Origin: an uncultured Clostridia bacterium
Lineage (GTDB): Bacteria; Bacillota; Clostridia; Christensenellales; Borkfalkiaceae
Reading direction: 5' to 3'
Assembly (NCBI GenBank): GCA_947632505.1
Contig: CANRPN010000001.1
Location: 3,870 to 67,869, forward strand
Length of the DNA stretch: 64,000 nt
Shown here: in pieces, positions 27,301 through 35,904 of the stretch
How positions within the stretch are numbered: position 1 is the first letter of the stretch
Layout of the letters: each line of letters begins with the position of its first letter
Translations under genes and position numbers: made by a program
The notes under the pieces: model-generated
Seen by the model: only the letters and a program-made list of their open reading frames with translations
The model's database searches: none
Told to the model about the DNA's origin: nothing

Positions 27301-27345
27301 TTGTCATTTCGACCAAGCCGCGATAGCGGCGCGTGGAGAAATCTC
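27301..27345 (+). repeat. Copy of the dispersed element TGTCATTTCGACCAAGCCGCG..AGCGGCGCGTGGAGAAATCTC
   Basis: Over the 44-nt core tgtcatttcga...atctc (27302-27345), 42 of 44 nt match the reverse complement of the copy near 40641-40684. Confidence 0.9.
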
Positions 27346-27436
27346 ACCCTAATGTCTCCATGCGCTGTGCTTAGTCGAAGAGAGAGCCAAGGGTGGCGCG
27401 AGCAAAGAATTGTGCGAAACCAACTGCGTGAATTTT

Positions 27437-28537
27437 TTACACATTAAATCTGAACAGCACGACGTCTCCGTCCTTCATCACATAATCCTTGCCCTCGGAG
27501 CGCACCTTGCCCTTTTCGCGCGCGCCCGCAAGACCGCCGCATTCGAGCAGCGTCTCCCATTCCACGACTTCGGCGCGGATGAAGCCCTTTTCAAAGTCGG
27601 TATGGATCTTTCCTGCGGCCTGCGGCGCTTTGGTGCCTTTCACGATCGTCCAGGCCCGCGTCTCCTTTTCGCCCGCCGTGAGGTAGGAGATGAGCCCCAG
27701 AAGGGAATAGCTCGCCTTGATGAGTTTCGAAAGGCCGCTCTCTTTCAGCCCAAATTCTTCGAGGAACATTGCCCTGTCCTCTTCCTCCATCTGCGAAAGT
27801 TCCTCCTCCGTCTTGGCACAGATGACGATGACCCCCGCATGATGCTTTGCGGCATATTCCTTTACGGCGACCACAAAGGGGATCTTGTCCTCATCCTCGC
27901 CCATGTCCTTTTCGGCGATGTTCGCGCAGTAGATCACGGGTTTTGACGAGAGCAAGAACAAATTGTCGAGCATGGGCTGTTCTTCCTCGGAACAGGGGTA
28001 ACTGCTTGCGGGTTTTTCCGCTTCGAGGTGGGGAAGCAACTTTTCGAGGAAGGCGTATTCTGCTGCGGCGTTCTTGTCCGCGCCCCCCCGCGCCGCGCTG
28101 CGGATGCGGTCCTGCTTCTTCTGCACCGCTTCGATGTCGGCCAAAATGAGCTCCAAATTGATCGTCTCAATGTCCCGCACGGGATCGACGGAATTTTCGA
28201 CATGGGTGACGTTTTCGTCCTCGAAACAGCGCACGACATGCACAATGGCGTCCACTTCGCGGATGTGGGAGAGGAACTTGTTTCCCAAGCCCTCGCCGCG
28301 GCTCGCGCCCTTTACGAGGCCTGCGATGTCTACAAATTCCACGACGGCGGGGGTGATCTTCTTACTCGAATAAAGCGCCGCAAGTTTATCAAGCCGCTCG
28401 TCGGGAACGGCGACCACGCCCACGTTGGGTTCGATCGTACAGAAGGGGTAGTTTGCGGCTTCCGCCCCCGCATGGGTGATTGCATTGAACAGAGTTGACT
28501 TACCGACGTTGGGAAGTCCGACGACACCTAATTTCAT
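27437..28537 (-). CDS. ychF: Redox-regulated ribosome-binding ATPase YchF
   Basis: MKLGVVGLPNVGKSTLFNA..., TGS-like C-terminus (KDYVMKDGDVVLFRFNV). Confidence 0.95.
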   Translation of the reverse strand: MKLGVVGLPNVGKSTLFNAITHAGAEAANYPFCTIEPNVGVVAVPDERLDKLAALYSSKKITPAVVEFVDIAGLVKGASRGEGLGNKFLSHIREVDAIVHVVRCFEDENVTHVENSVDPVRDIETINLELILADIEAVQKKQDRIRSAARGGADKNAAAEYAFLEKLLPHLEAEKPASSYPCSEEEQPMLDNLFLLSSKPVIYCANIAEKDMGEDEDKIPFVVAVKEYAAKHHAGVIVICAKTEEELSQMEEEDRAMFLEEFGLKESGLSKLIKASYSLLGLISYLTAGEKETRAWTIVKGTKAPQAAGKIHTDFEKGFIRAEVVEWETLLECGGLAGAREKGKVRSEGKDYVMKDGDVVLFRFNV

Positions 28538-28616
28538 ATTGATCTCCTACGGTTTCTCGTTTTGCAAATCTTGTATTCATTATAAAACATTTCCCCGCAA
28601 ACTTCAACTCTTTCGG

Positions 28617-28645
28617 TTGCTTAAATTGCAAAATTATGGTAGAAT
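28617..28645 (+). promoter_or_regulatory. Sigma-A promoter (TTGCTT-17-TAGAAT) for argS
   Basis: -35 at 28617-28622 and -10 at 28640-28645, 21 nt before the ATG. Confidence 0.5.
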
Positions 28646-28666
28646 AGCCGGGAAAGGAAGTGTAAC

Positions 28667-30343
28667 ATGGATTATAAGACCTACATTGCAGAGCGCCTGC
28701 CCATAGAGGGCATGAGCAGAGAAGAGATCGCGGAGAGCATTGCCGTTCCTCCCGATACCACCCTCGGCGACTATGCGCTCCCCTGCTTCAAATTCGCAAA
28801 ACTTTTGCATAAATCCCCCGTGCTCATCGCACAGGAGCTTGCAGCGGCCTATCCCTCGGACGGCGTGATCTCGGAGGCGACCGCCCTCAACGGCTATCTC
28901 AACTTTAAGGTCGGCCGCAGAGGACTTGCGGAGGAGACCCTCGCCCGCATCGAGCGGGAGGGGGAAAAATACGGCTCCTCTACGCTCGGCGCGGGCAAGA
29001 CGGTGTGCATCGACTATTCCTCGGTGAACATCGCCAAGCCTTTCCACATCGGGCACCTTTCCACCACGGTATTGGGCGGCGCACTCTACCGCATTTATCG
29101 ATCTCTCGGCTACCGCGTCGTGGGGATCAACCATCTCGGCGACTACGGTACCCAATTCGGGAAGCTCATCTCTGCCTACAAGCATTGGGGGAACAGAGCG
29201 GACGTGCAAAAAGGCGGTATCCATGCGATCAACGATCTCTATGTGCGCTTCAACAACGAGGCGACCGAAGAGATGGAGACAGAGGCGCGCGAGTATTTCC
29301 GTCTCATCGAGAGCGGAGATAAAGAGGCCGTGGCGCTTTTTGATTGGTTCAAACAGCTCACGCTCGACTATGTGCAGCAAATTTACGCAAAACTTCACGT
29401 CACCTTCGACAGCTACGCAGGCGAAAGTTTTTACATTGACAAAATGGAGCCCGTCATCGGCGAATTGAAGGAGAAAGGGCTGCTCGTAGAGAGCCGCGGG
29501 GCGCAGGTCGTCGATCTCGAACCCTATGGCATGACGCCCTTTATCGTCCTTCGTTCGGACGGCGCCTCTCTCTACGGTACCCGCGATCTTGCGGCGGCGT
29601 TCTACCGCAAACAGACCTACGACTTCGACAAGTGCCTCTATGTCGTGGCCTACCAGCAGAATCTGCACTTCAAGCAACTCTTCAAGGTCATCGAACTCAT
29701 GGGCGAGCCCTGGGCAAAGGATCTCGTGCATGTCGCCTACGGCATGGTTTCCCTCGAAGACGGCGCAATGTCCACACGGCAAGGGAAAGTCGTTTGGCTC
29801 GAAGATGTGCTAAACCGCTGCGTCGAAAAGGCGCTCTCCATCATCACCGAGAAAAATCCCGCGCTGGAAAATAAGGAAGAGGTCGCCGAAAAGGTGGGCG
29901 TGGGCGCGGTGATGTTCGGCGCGCTCTACAACAATAAGATCAAAGACATCGTCTTTTCCTATGACAAAGCGCTCAATTTCGACGGCGAGACGAGCGTCTA
30001 CGTGCAATATACCTGCGCCCGCGCAGCCTCCGTCCTGTCCAAAGCAGAGATCGGGAAAGCGACGGTCGCAGAGCCTTGCGCGCAGGAATACGAACTGATC
30101 AAGGCGCTTGCGGACTTCCCCGACACGGTCCGCGCGGCGGCGGAGAAATACGAGCCCAGCGTTATCGCCCGCTATGCAGTGGATACGGCGCAGAAATTCA
30201 ATAAATTTTATTTCGATTGTAAAATTTTGCAGGCGGAGAGCGAGCAGCTCAAAAACTTCCGCCTTGCGCTCACCAAGGCGACTTTGACGACGCTGAAAAA
30301 CGCGCTCACCCTGCTCGGCATCGGCGTTCCGGAGAAAATGTGA
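28667..30343 (+). CDS. argS: Arginine--tRNA ligase
   Basis: NIAKPFHIGHL (HIGH motif), class I fold, and a C-terminal DALR anticodon-binding region. Confidence 0.97.
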   Translation: MDYKTYIAERLPIEGMSREEIAESIAVPPDTTLGDYALPCFKFAKLLHKSPVLIAQELAAAYPSDGVISEATALNGYLNFKVGRRGLAEETLARIEREGEKYGSSTLGAGKTVCIDYSSVNIAKPFHIGHLSTTVLGGALYRIYRSLGYRVVGINHLGDYGTQFGKLISAYKHWGNRADVQKGGIHAINDLYVRFNNEATEEMETEAREYFRLIESGDKEAVALFDWFKQLTLDYVQQIYAKLHVTFDSYAGESFYIDKMEPVIGELKEKGLLVESRGAQVVDLEPYGMTPFIVLRSDGASLYGTRDLAAAFYRKQTYDFDKCLYVVAYQQNLHFKQLFKVIELMGEPWAKDLVHVAYGMVSLEDGAMSTRQGKVVWLEDVLNRCVEKALSIITEKNPALENKEEVAEKVGVGAVMFGALYNNKIKDIVFSYDKALNFDGETSVYVQYTCARAASVLSKAEIGKATVAEPCAQEYELIKALADFPDTVRAAAEKYEPSVIARYAVDTAQKFNKFYFDCKILQAESEQLKNFRLALTKATLTTLKNALTLLGIGVPEKM

Positions 30344-30978
30344 TGAAGGCGATCTTTTTCGATCTCGACGGCACGATCTGCAATACTCTCGCCGATATTC
30401 GCTTTCACGTCAACCAAATGCTGCGCTCGCGCGGCTATCCCGAAATTTCCGAGCAGCAGACAAAGGCATTCGTAGGGGACGGCGCGAAAAAGCTCATCGA
30501 GCGGTCTCTCCCCGCGGACGCAGAGGACGCGGAAGGATGTTTTGAGCAGTTCCTCGAAAGTTTTTCACACAGCGACGGTGCCCTTCTCTCCCTGTACGAT
30601 GGAGAGCGGGAGGCGCTCTCCGCATGGAAGGAGGAGGGGCGGCGGCTTGCGGTCATCACCAACAAACCGCAGGAGGCGACGCGGCGTACGCTTGCGAAAT
30701 TTTTCCCCGAGGACTTTTTCGACTTCGTGGGCGGGGACAGCGGCATGTTCCCCGTAAAGCCCGATCCGTCGCTTACGCGCTATGCAGCGCTCTCGCTGCG
30801 GGTCTCGCCGAAGGACTGTGTGTTCGTCGGAGACGGAGAGCAGGACGTGCGCACGGCAAAATCTGCGGGAATGCGCGGGATCGCGGCTCTGTGGGGGTAT
30901 CGCACCAGACAGCAGCTCGCCGCAGCGGGTGCGACCGAATTTGCGGAAAATTTTTCCGAGCTGCGAAAAATTTTATAA
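30343..30978 (+). CDS. HAD-superfamily hydrolase (phosphoglycolate phosphatase-like)
   Basis: IFFDLDGTICNT (motif I), ITNKPQ (motif II), VGDGEQDVRTAKSAGM (motif IV). Starts within or next to the argS stop. Confidence 0.8.
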   Translation: MKAIFFDLDGTICNTLADIRFHVNQMLRSRGYPEISEQQTKAFVGDGAKKLIERSLPADAEDAEGCFEQFLESFSHSDGALLSLYDGEREALSAWKEEGRRLAVITNKPQEATRRTLAKFFPEDFFDFVGGDSGMFPVKPDPSLTRYAALSLRVSPKDCVFVGDGEQDVRTAKSAGMRGIAALWGYRTRQQLAAAGATEFAENFSELRKIL

Positions 30979-31065
30979 AGCCGTAAAATATTTCCGAAAA
31001 AATTCTTGAAAAACCTTTCCGTGTGTGATATAATACGGGCGAAAATCTTTATGGAGGAAAACGAA

Positions 31066-31584
31066 ATGAAAAGATGTGCGGTTTGCGGCGAGATCGTCGC
31101 AGATGATGTGGAGGTCTGCCCCGTTTGCAAGGCGACCAAATTTGTGCCCATTGAGGAGGCGAAATTTGCCTGCGAGCATCATGTCGGCGACGGCGTGGTA
31201 GAGGACAAGGAAGTGATGGACGGACTTCGCGCCAATTTCCAGGGAGAATGCTGCGAGGTGGGTATGTATCTTGCGATGGCGCGGGTCGCCGAACGCGAGG
31301 GCTATCCCGAGATCGCTGAGGCCTATAAGCGCTATGCGTTCGAGGAAGCGGAACATGCTTCCAAGTTCGCGGAACTTCTCGGCGAAGTCGTCACCGATTC
31401 CACCAAAAAGAATCTCGAACTCCGCGCGGCGGCGGAAGCGGGCGCGTGCGAGGGCAAGCTCATGCTCGCCAAGCGGGCGAAGGAGCTCGGTTACGACGCC
31501 ATCCACGATACCGTTCACGAAATGGCCAAGGACGAAGCGCGCCACGGCGCGGGCTTCAAGGGCCTCCTGAAACGTTATTTCTGA
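31066..31584 (+). CDS. Rubrerythrin-family protein with an N-terminal rubredoxin-like Cys4 domain (reverse rubrerythrin arrangement)
   Basis: CAVCG...CPVCK followed by a ferritin-like domain with EEAEH and DEARH diiron motifs. SD ggagg before ATG 31066. Confidence 0.9.
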   Translation: MKRCAVCGEIVADDVEVCPVCKATKFVPIEEAKFACEHHVGDGVVEDKEVMDGLRANFQGECCEVGMYLAMARVAEREGYPEIAEAYKRYAFEEAEHASKFAELLGEVVTDSTKKNLELRAAAEAGACEGKLMLAKRAKELGYDAIHDTVHEMAKDEARHGAGFKGLLKRYF

Positions 31585-31616
31585 CCCTTTTTGCAAAAGA
31601 AATACCAAAGAAAAAG

Positions 31617-31648
31617 AGGACAGGCACGCCGCCTGTCCTTTCGGTTTT
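31617..31648. terminator. Bidirectional intrinsic terminator
   Basis: ggacaggc-acgcc-gcctgtcc flanked by an A-run and by tttcggtttt. Confidence 0.7.
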
Positions 31649-31659
31649 ATCGGGTAGAG

Positions 31660-32199
31660 TTATTTTTTGTATTTGGGCAGGAGCAGACACACGATATGCA
31701 CGAGCGCAAACACGATCGTAAAAGAGAGTATGAGCGCAGGCGCCGCTCCTGCGCCGCCGAACATCGAGGCGGCGCCCGTCAGCGAGCAGGCGAGGGAATA
31801 GAGGAGAAAGTAGAAAAAGAGAGGCAACACCCGTGCGATCTTTCCGAGGAGGGGAGGGATCCTTTTTCCGGGCGCAAAGACGGGAAGCAATCCGATCGCA
31901 AGCACGAACAACGAGGCCGCGAGGGAAAGCGCGGCAAACACGATGAGCGCCGTGCAGATCCCGAGTCCGGCTTGATACACATTTACGGAGATATTGCCGA
32001 AACCCGAGTATGAGAGCTTCTCCACAGAAGCGAGAAAGAGCAAAAACAAGAGCAGAGAATAGAGCGTAAAAGTGCATGCGGAAATGCGGGAAAGCAGCCG
32101 AAAGAGGCGGCCGTTTTCTCCGTCCTGTGAAAGATCGCCGCGTCCCGCCTCCTGCGGCGGCTCTTCGCGCGCAGGGATGCCGTTGCCGTAATCGTCCAT
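31660..32199 (-). CDS. Membrane protein of unknown function (179 aa, ~5 TM)
   Basis: Hydrophobic-helix composition in this frame; the overlapping frames are Arg-rich junk. Confidence 0.55.
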   Translation of the reverse strand: MDDYGNGIPAREEPPQEAGRGDLSQDGENGRLFRLLSRISACTFTLYSLLLFLLFLASVEKLSYSGFGNISVNVYQAGLGICTALIVFAALSLAASLFVLAIGLLPVFAPGKRIPPLLGKIARVLPLFFYFLLYSLACSLTGAASMFGGAGAAPALILSFTIVFALVHIVCLLLPKYKK

Positions 32200-32484
32200 A
32201 AAAAACTCCTATCATTCATTTTCTTTGATTATAGCACGGCCGAAAAGAGCTGTCAAGGAGTGTACAACAAAAAAAGGAGGCTTGTGCGAAAAAAATAATG
32301 ACCTTTCCCATGGGGAAAAGCCATTATAATAGGAGAGTATCAAACGCCGAAGCTGGGACTTCGGACATTCGCAAGGGAAGCGGCAGCCTTTGTTTGCACA
32401 CCTGCCTATGAGCGTATTATAAAAAAAGCCGAAAAGAAAAACAACCTATTTTTTGAAAATTTCACTCTATCCGTTTCATTTGAC

Positions 32485-32515
32485 AGAGTAGAGTTAAAAA
32501 AATTCACTCTACTCT
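32485..32515 (+). promoter_or_regulatory. Inverted repeat AGAGTAGAGT-N11-ACTCTACTCT (candidate operator) upstream of the XRE gene promoter
   Basis: Perfect 10-bp arms at 32485-32494 and 32506-32515, plus a further direct copy of TTCACTCTA at 32461-32469. Confidence 0.45.
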
Positions 32516-32526
32516 CAGTAGAATCA

Positions 32527-32554
32527 TTGACTTCTCTTCAAAATTTGCTATAAT
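32527..32554 (+). promoter_or_regulatory. Near-consensus promoter (TTGACT-16-TGcTATAAT) placed for a leaderless XRE mRNA
   Basis: -35 at 32527-32532 and -10 at 32549-32554. The ATG at 32562 is 7 nt after the -10 box and has no SD. Confidence 0.6.
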
Positions 32555-32561
32555 AGATGGT

Positions 32562-33176
32562 ATGGAAGAAACGATTTTAGCGGAGGTTATCGGAAAAAAT
32601 ATCACCCGTCTGAGAAAGCTGGCGAATATGACCCAGCTCGAACTTGCGGAAAAGCTCAATTATTCCGATAAGTCTATCTCCAAATGGGAACAGGGGAACG
32701 GCATTCCCGATGTTCGCATTTTGGTACAGCTTGCCGAACTCTTCGGAGTGACGCTCGATGACCTCGTGCACGAACATGTGGATAAAGAAGTGCTTCCCAA
32801 GAGCACCAAACGGCGCAACCGCTTCGTCATCACGCTTTGCTCCGTGGGGCTTTGCTGGTGCGCCGCCGTTGTCTGTTTTGTCCTTATGGGGCTGCTCGGC
32901 CCGGAACTCAGATATAAATGGCTCGCCTTTCTCTTTGCCGTGCCGGCTTCGGCGATCGTTGTGCTTGTGTTCAGCTGCATTTGGCATTGGAAATGGATCC
33001 GTATCATCTCCATCTCCGTGCTCATCTGGACGGTGATCGGGTGTGTCTATCTCGTGATCCTCGCCCTGACGGGAGGGACGCAGAATCTTTGGTTCCTGTT
33101 CCTCATCGGCATTCCGTTGCAGCTGCTTACGCTTGTCTATTTCATGTGGCGGCGCGGAGTTCGCTTTAAGAGGTGA
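32562..33176 (+). CDS. XRE-family HTH regulator fused to a 4-TM membrane domain
   Basis: LRKLANMTQLELAEKLNYSDKSISKWEQGNGIPD followed by four hydrophobic helices. Confidence 0.8.
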   Translation: MEETILAEVIGKNITRLRKLANMTQLELAEKLNYSDKSISKWEQGNGIPDVRILVQLAELFGVTLDDLVHEHVDKEVLPKSTKRRNRFVITLCSVGLCWCAAVVCFVLMGLLGPELRYKWLAFLFAVPASAIVVLVFSCIWHWKWIRIISISVLIWTVIGCVYLVILALTGGTQNLWFLFLIGIPLQLLTLVYFMWRRGVRFKR

Positions 33177-33179
33177 ACC

Positions 33180-34187
33180 ATGCAAGAGAGCAAATATTGT
33201 CACTTTCACAAAAAATTATGGGAGACGTTGGGTTGGGGCTGCATAGTTCTTGCCGTCCTTCTCATGGCGGGGCTCGTGGTCTCCCTCATCATGATGGGGC
33301 TCGGAAGCGTGCATGTGCCCTATTTCGGGATCCTCTGCGGCGCATTTGCGGGCGGAGCGATTCTCTTCGGGCTTGCTGGCCTTTTTGCCGTACGGCGGGG
33401 AGAAATTTGGAGCGGACGGGAGCTCGACGCTTTGGAGCGTGCCGACAGCGAAGAGAGTTTCTTCGTCGGGGAAGATACCATTGCCACGTTCCGGGAGGAG
33501 GGCATCCTGCTTCATAACCGTGAGCGCAGTGTCTCTGTTCCTTACGGGGAAATGCGTTTTATCTCCGTCTGCACCCGCCGGAAAGCGCAGGAAAAGGGGG
33601 AATGGAGCGTTCTCATGGAAGTTCCCGCCTCCTATGTCATGAAAAAAGCGAAGAAGGGGGAACCGCCTGTGCTGATCCAGGCGGAAGGTAAAACGAGGCT
33701 GTATGATACTTTGCGCAAGCATGGGCTCGTTTTGCTCGGTGAACAGCGCAAAGAAGAGAGCCCGCTTCCGTTTACCCGTATGCGGAAATTTGATCTGCCC
33801 GACAGGACAAAGCGCAAACGCGCGCTCCTGTTTTTGCTGCTCGGCGTCGTTTTGGCGGGCGGCGGCGTGGGATTGCTCTTTTATATGTCGGCGATCGGCG
33901 CTCCCATTATCGTGGTGGGAGGTTATGTCGCCCTGCGGGCGATCGTCTCCTATTGGAGAGCCAAACGGGTGCTCGCCGTTTACCGTGAGGGGATGTATTT
34001 CGCAGAGCTCTCCTTGCAGGACAGTTTCTTCCTGAAATGGGAGGAAATGGAGAGCCTTGTGCCTGCCGAGTCGGAAAAACAGAAAGTGATCCGTGCGAAC
34101 TGCCTCTATGGCGCATATGATTTTCCCCGTCCCCAAGGGGCATATGAATACATCAAAGAGCACTTCCCCGAAAAATGTGAGGATTAA
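33180..34187 (+). CDS. Membrane protein of unknown function (two TM hairpins, each followed by a soluble domain)
   Basis: ATG lies 3 nt after the XRE gene stop. Composition is typical of a coding frame; no recognised family. Confidence 0.65.
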   Translation: MQESKYCHFHKKLWETLGWGCIVLAVLLMAGLVVSLIMMGLGSVHVPYFGILCGAFAGGAILFGLAGLFAVRRGEIWSGRELDALERADSEESFFVGEDTIATFREEGILLHNRERSVSVPYGEMRFISVCTRRKAQEKGEWSVLMEVPASYVMKKAKKGEPPVLIQAEGKTRLYDTLRKHGLVLLGEQRKEESPLPFTRMRKFDLPDRTKRKRALLFLLLGVVLAGGGVGLLFYMSAIGAPIIVVGGYVALRAIVSYWRAKRVLAVYREGMYFAELSLQDSFFLKWEEMESLVPAESEKQKVIRANCLYGAYDFPRPQGAYEYIKEHFPEKCED

Positions 34188-34203
34188 ATAAGGAAATCAA
34201 GGA

Positions 34204-34236
34204 CCGCCTGCTTTGCGCTTCCCGCAAAGCAGGCGG
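34204..34236 (+). terminator. Strong GC hairpin (14-bp stem) without a U-tract; attenuator or REP-like rather than a clear terminator
   Basis: ccgcctgctttgcg-cttcc-cgcaaagcaggcgg followed by gtgaaaaaagg. Confidence 0.4.
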
Positions 34237-34255
34237 GTGAAAAAAGGCTGAGCGC

Positions 34256-34489
34256 ATGAGAGAATTGAAGATCCACGGCGTGTACCGCCACTTTAAGGGG
34301 AAATATTACTATGTGGAGGGGGTCGCTACCCACTCCGAAACGCGCGAGCAGCTTGTAGTGTACCGCGCGCTCTATGGCGATCGGCAGCTCTATGTCCGTC
34401 CGCTCGAAATGTTCCTCTCTCCCGTGGACCGAGAAAAATATCCCGACGCCAAACAAGTCTATCGTTTTGAAGAAACAGAGAATGGATAA
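34256..34489 (+). CDS. DUF1653 domain protein
   Basis: [44 protein letters not shown] matches the DUF1653 pattern. Confidence 0.8.
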   Translation: MRELKIHGVYRHFKGKYYYVEGVATHSETREQLVVYRALYGDRQLYVRPLEMFLSPVDREKYPDAKQVYRFEETENG

Positions 34490-34805
34490 GATGACCGTTT
34501 GTCCCCGCTGCGGGACGACAATCGATGACTTTCGCCGCACCGGTCTGTTGGGCTGTGCGGAGTGTTACCGTGTCTTTCGCGAGGAGATCCTTCTGACTTT
34601 GCGCCGCGTGCAGGGCAACCATACCCGCCACGAGGGCGGCATTCCCGCCGCTTCTGAGGAAAAATATTCCTTCATGCTCGAACGGCAGCACCTCAAAGAA
34701 GAGATCGAGCGGGCCATGCGCGAGGGCAGGTATGCGGAGGCGGAGGAGTTGCAGCAGCGGCTCAAAGAGAGCAACCGAACCCGCCGCAGGGAGGAACAAT
34801 CATGA
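34482..34805 (+). CDS. mcsA: McsA-like protein (zinc finger plus UVR motif; protein arginine kinase activator)
   Basis: CPRCG...CAECY zinc finger and a C-terminal UVR-like helix ([21 protein letters not shown]). Directly precedes mcsB. The start could be 34482 or 34491. Confidence 0.75.
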   Translation: MDKMTVCPRCGTTIDDFRRTGLLGCAECYRVFREEILLTLRRVQGNHTRHEGGIPAASEEKYSFMLERQHLKEEIERAMREGRYAEAEELQQRLKESNRTRRREEQS

Positions 34806-35899
34806 AGGAGCGCGCAATTTGCTATGAAAACGTCGCCGTCTCCACCCGCATCCGTCTGGCGCGAAATTTCGCAGATTACCCTTTTCCCGGCCGTCTCGGC
34901 AGAGCCGCGGCGCGGGAGATCGTCAGCATTGTCTCGGCCGCACTGCGTGAGGTGGATGCCTTTGAGCTCCGCTATATGGACAGTCTTTCCGAGGAACAGG
35001 CCGAACTATACATCGAACGCTATCTCATCAGCCGCGACCTTTGGAAAAACCGTGCCATTTCCGCCGTGCTACTCTCCCGTCCCGGCGGCCCCAGCCGCAC
35101 GTTCGAAAAGGAACTCTCGGATATTCTCGCGGAAAATACCTCCATTATGATCAATGAGGAGGACCACATCCGCGAACAGTACTTCGTGCGGGGCTTTGAC
35201 TTGGAGCGGGGCTATGAGCGGCTCTCGGGCATTGACGAGATCATTGCCGAGACCATTCCCTTCGCCTGCGACGGGGAGCTCGGTTATCTCACCGCCTGTC
35301 CCACCAATGTGGGGACGGGGCTGCGTGCTTCTGTCATGCTCTTTCTGCCCGCGCTTTCGCGCAGCGGAAGAATGCGTGAGATCGCACCCGAGCTTCGCCG
35401 TATCGGCCTGACCGTGCGCGGCATGTTCGGGGAAGGGAGCGGAGCCGAAGGCGATCTCTATCAGATCAGCAACGAGCGCACCCTCGGTTCCCGCGATACG
35501 GAGATCCTCGCCGTCGTCGAACGAAAGGTGAACGAACTTGTGGAGGATGAGATCGTCGAGCGCGACATTCTGCTGCATGAGGGCGGGATGGCGCTCACCG
35601 ACCGCATTCTGCGTTCTTACGGCATTCTCACCAACTGTGCGCAGATCGATGCGCATGAATTTTTGGAGCGCCTTTCGGATGTCAAGCTCGGCGTTGCGCT
35701 CGGTATGCTCGATGGGGAAATGAGCGATCTCGATATGCTGCTCGTTTCCACCCGCCCTGCGAATCTGCGAACGCTTGCGGAAAGGCCTCTCACCGAGGAA
35801 GAACAGGACATCTTTCGCGCGCAGTACGCCGGCAGAGCGCTTCGGCGCTTCGGAATGCTCGACGAAGAGTTGCGCGGCAATATTTTCCGGAAGGAGTAA
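34802..35899 (+). CDS. mcsB: Protein arginine kinase McsB
   Basis: ATP:guanido phosphotransferase signature (YLTACPTNVGTGLRASVMLFLPAL). ATGA overlap with mcsA. Confidence 0.92.
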   Translation: MKERAICYENVAVSTRIRLARNFADYPFPGRLGRAAAREIVSIVSAALREVDAFELRYMDSLSEEQAELYIERYLISRDLWKNRAISAVLLSRPGGPSRTFEKELSDILAENTSIMINEEDHIREQYFVRGFDLERGYERLSGIDEIIAETIPFACDGELGYLTACPTNVGTGLRASVMLFLPALSRSGRMREIAPELRRIGLTVRGMFGEGSGAEGDLYQISNERTLGSRDTEILAVVERKVNELVEDEIVERDILLHEGGMALTDRILRSYGILTNCAQIDAHEFLERLSDVKLGVALGMLDGEMSDLDMLLVSTRPANLRTLAERPLTEEEQDIFRAQYAGRALRRFGMLDEELRGNIFRKE

Positions 35900-35904
35900 A
35901 AAAT

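Noticed and set aside
27016-27447. 143-aa + strand ORF across the 26.7-27.4 kb intergenic region
   Set aside because: It runs through a terminator hairpin and repeat elements, is Arg-rich and has no SD. The 47-codon ORF in another frame fits the signals better.
28538-28666. T-box leader upstream of argS
   Set aside because: The intergenic region is only 129 bp, and the promoter lies ~21 nt before the ATG. There is no specifier-loop/T-box sequence or terminator-antiterminator.
34188-34255. CtsR operator upstream of the mcsA-mcsB-clpC genes
   Set aside because: There is no (A/G)GTCAAA direct repeat. The region is mostly a GC hairpin.
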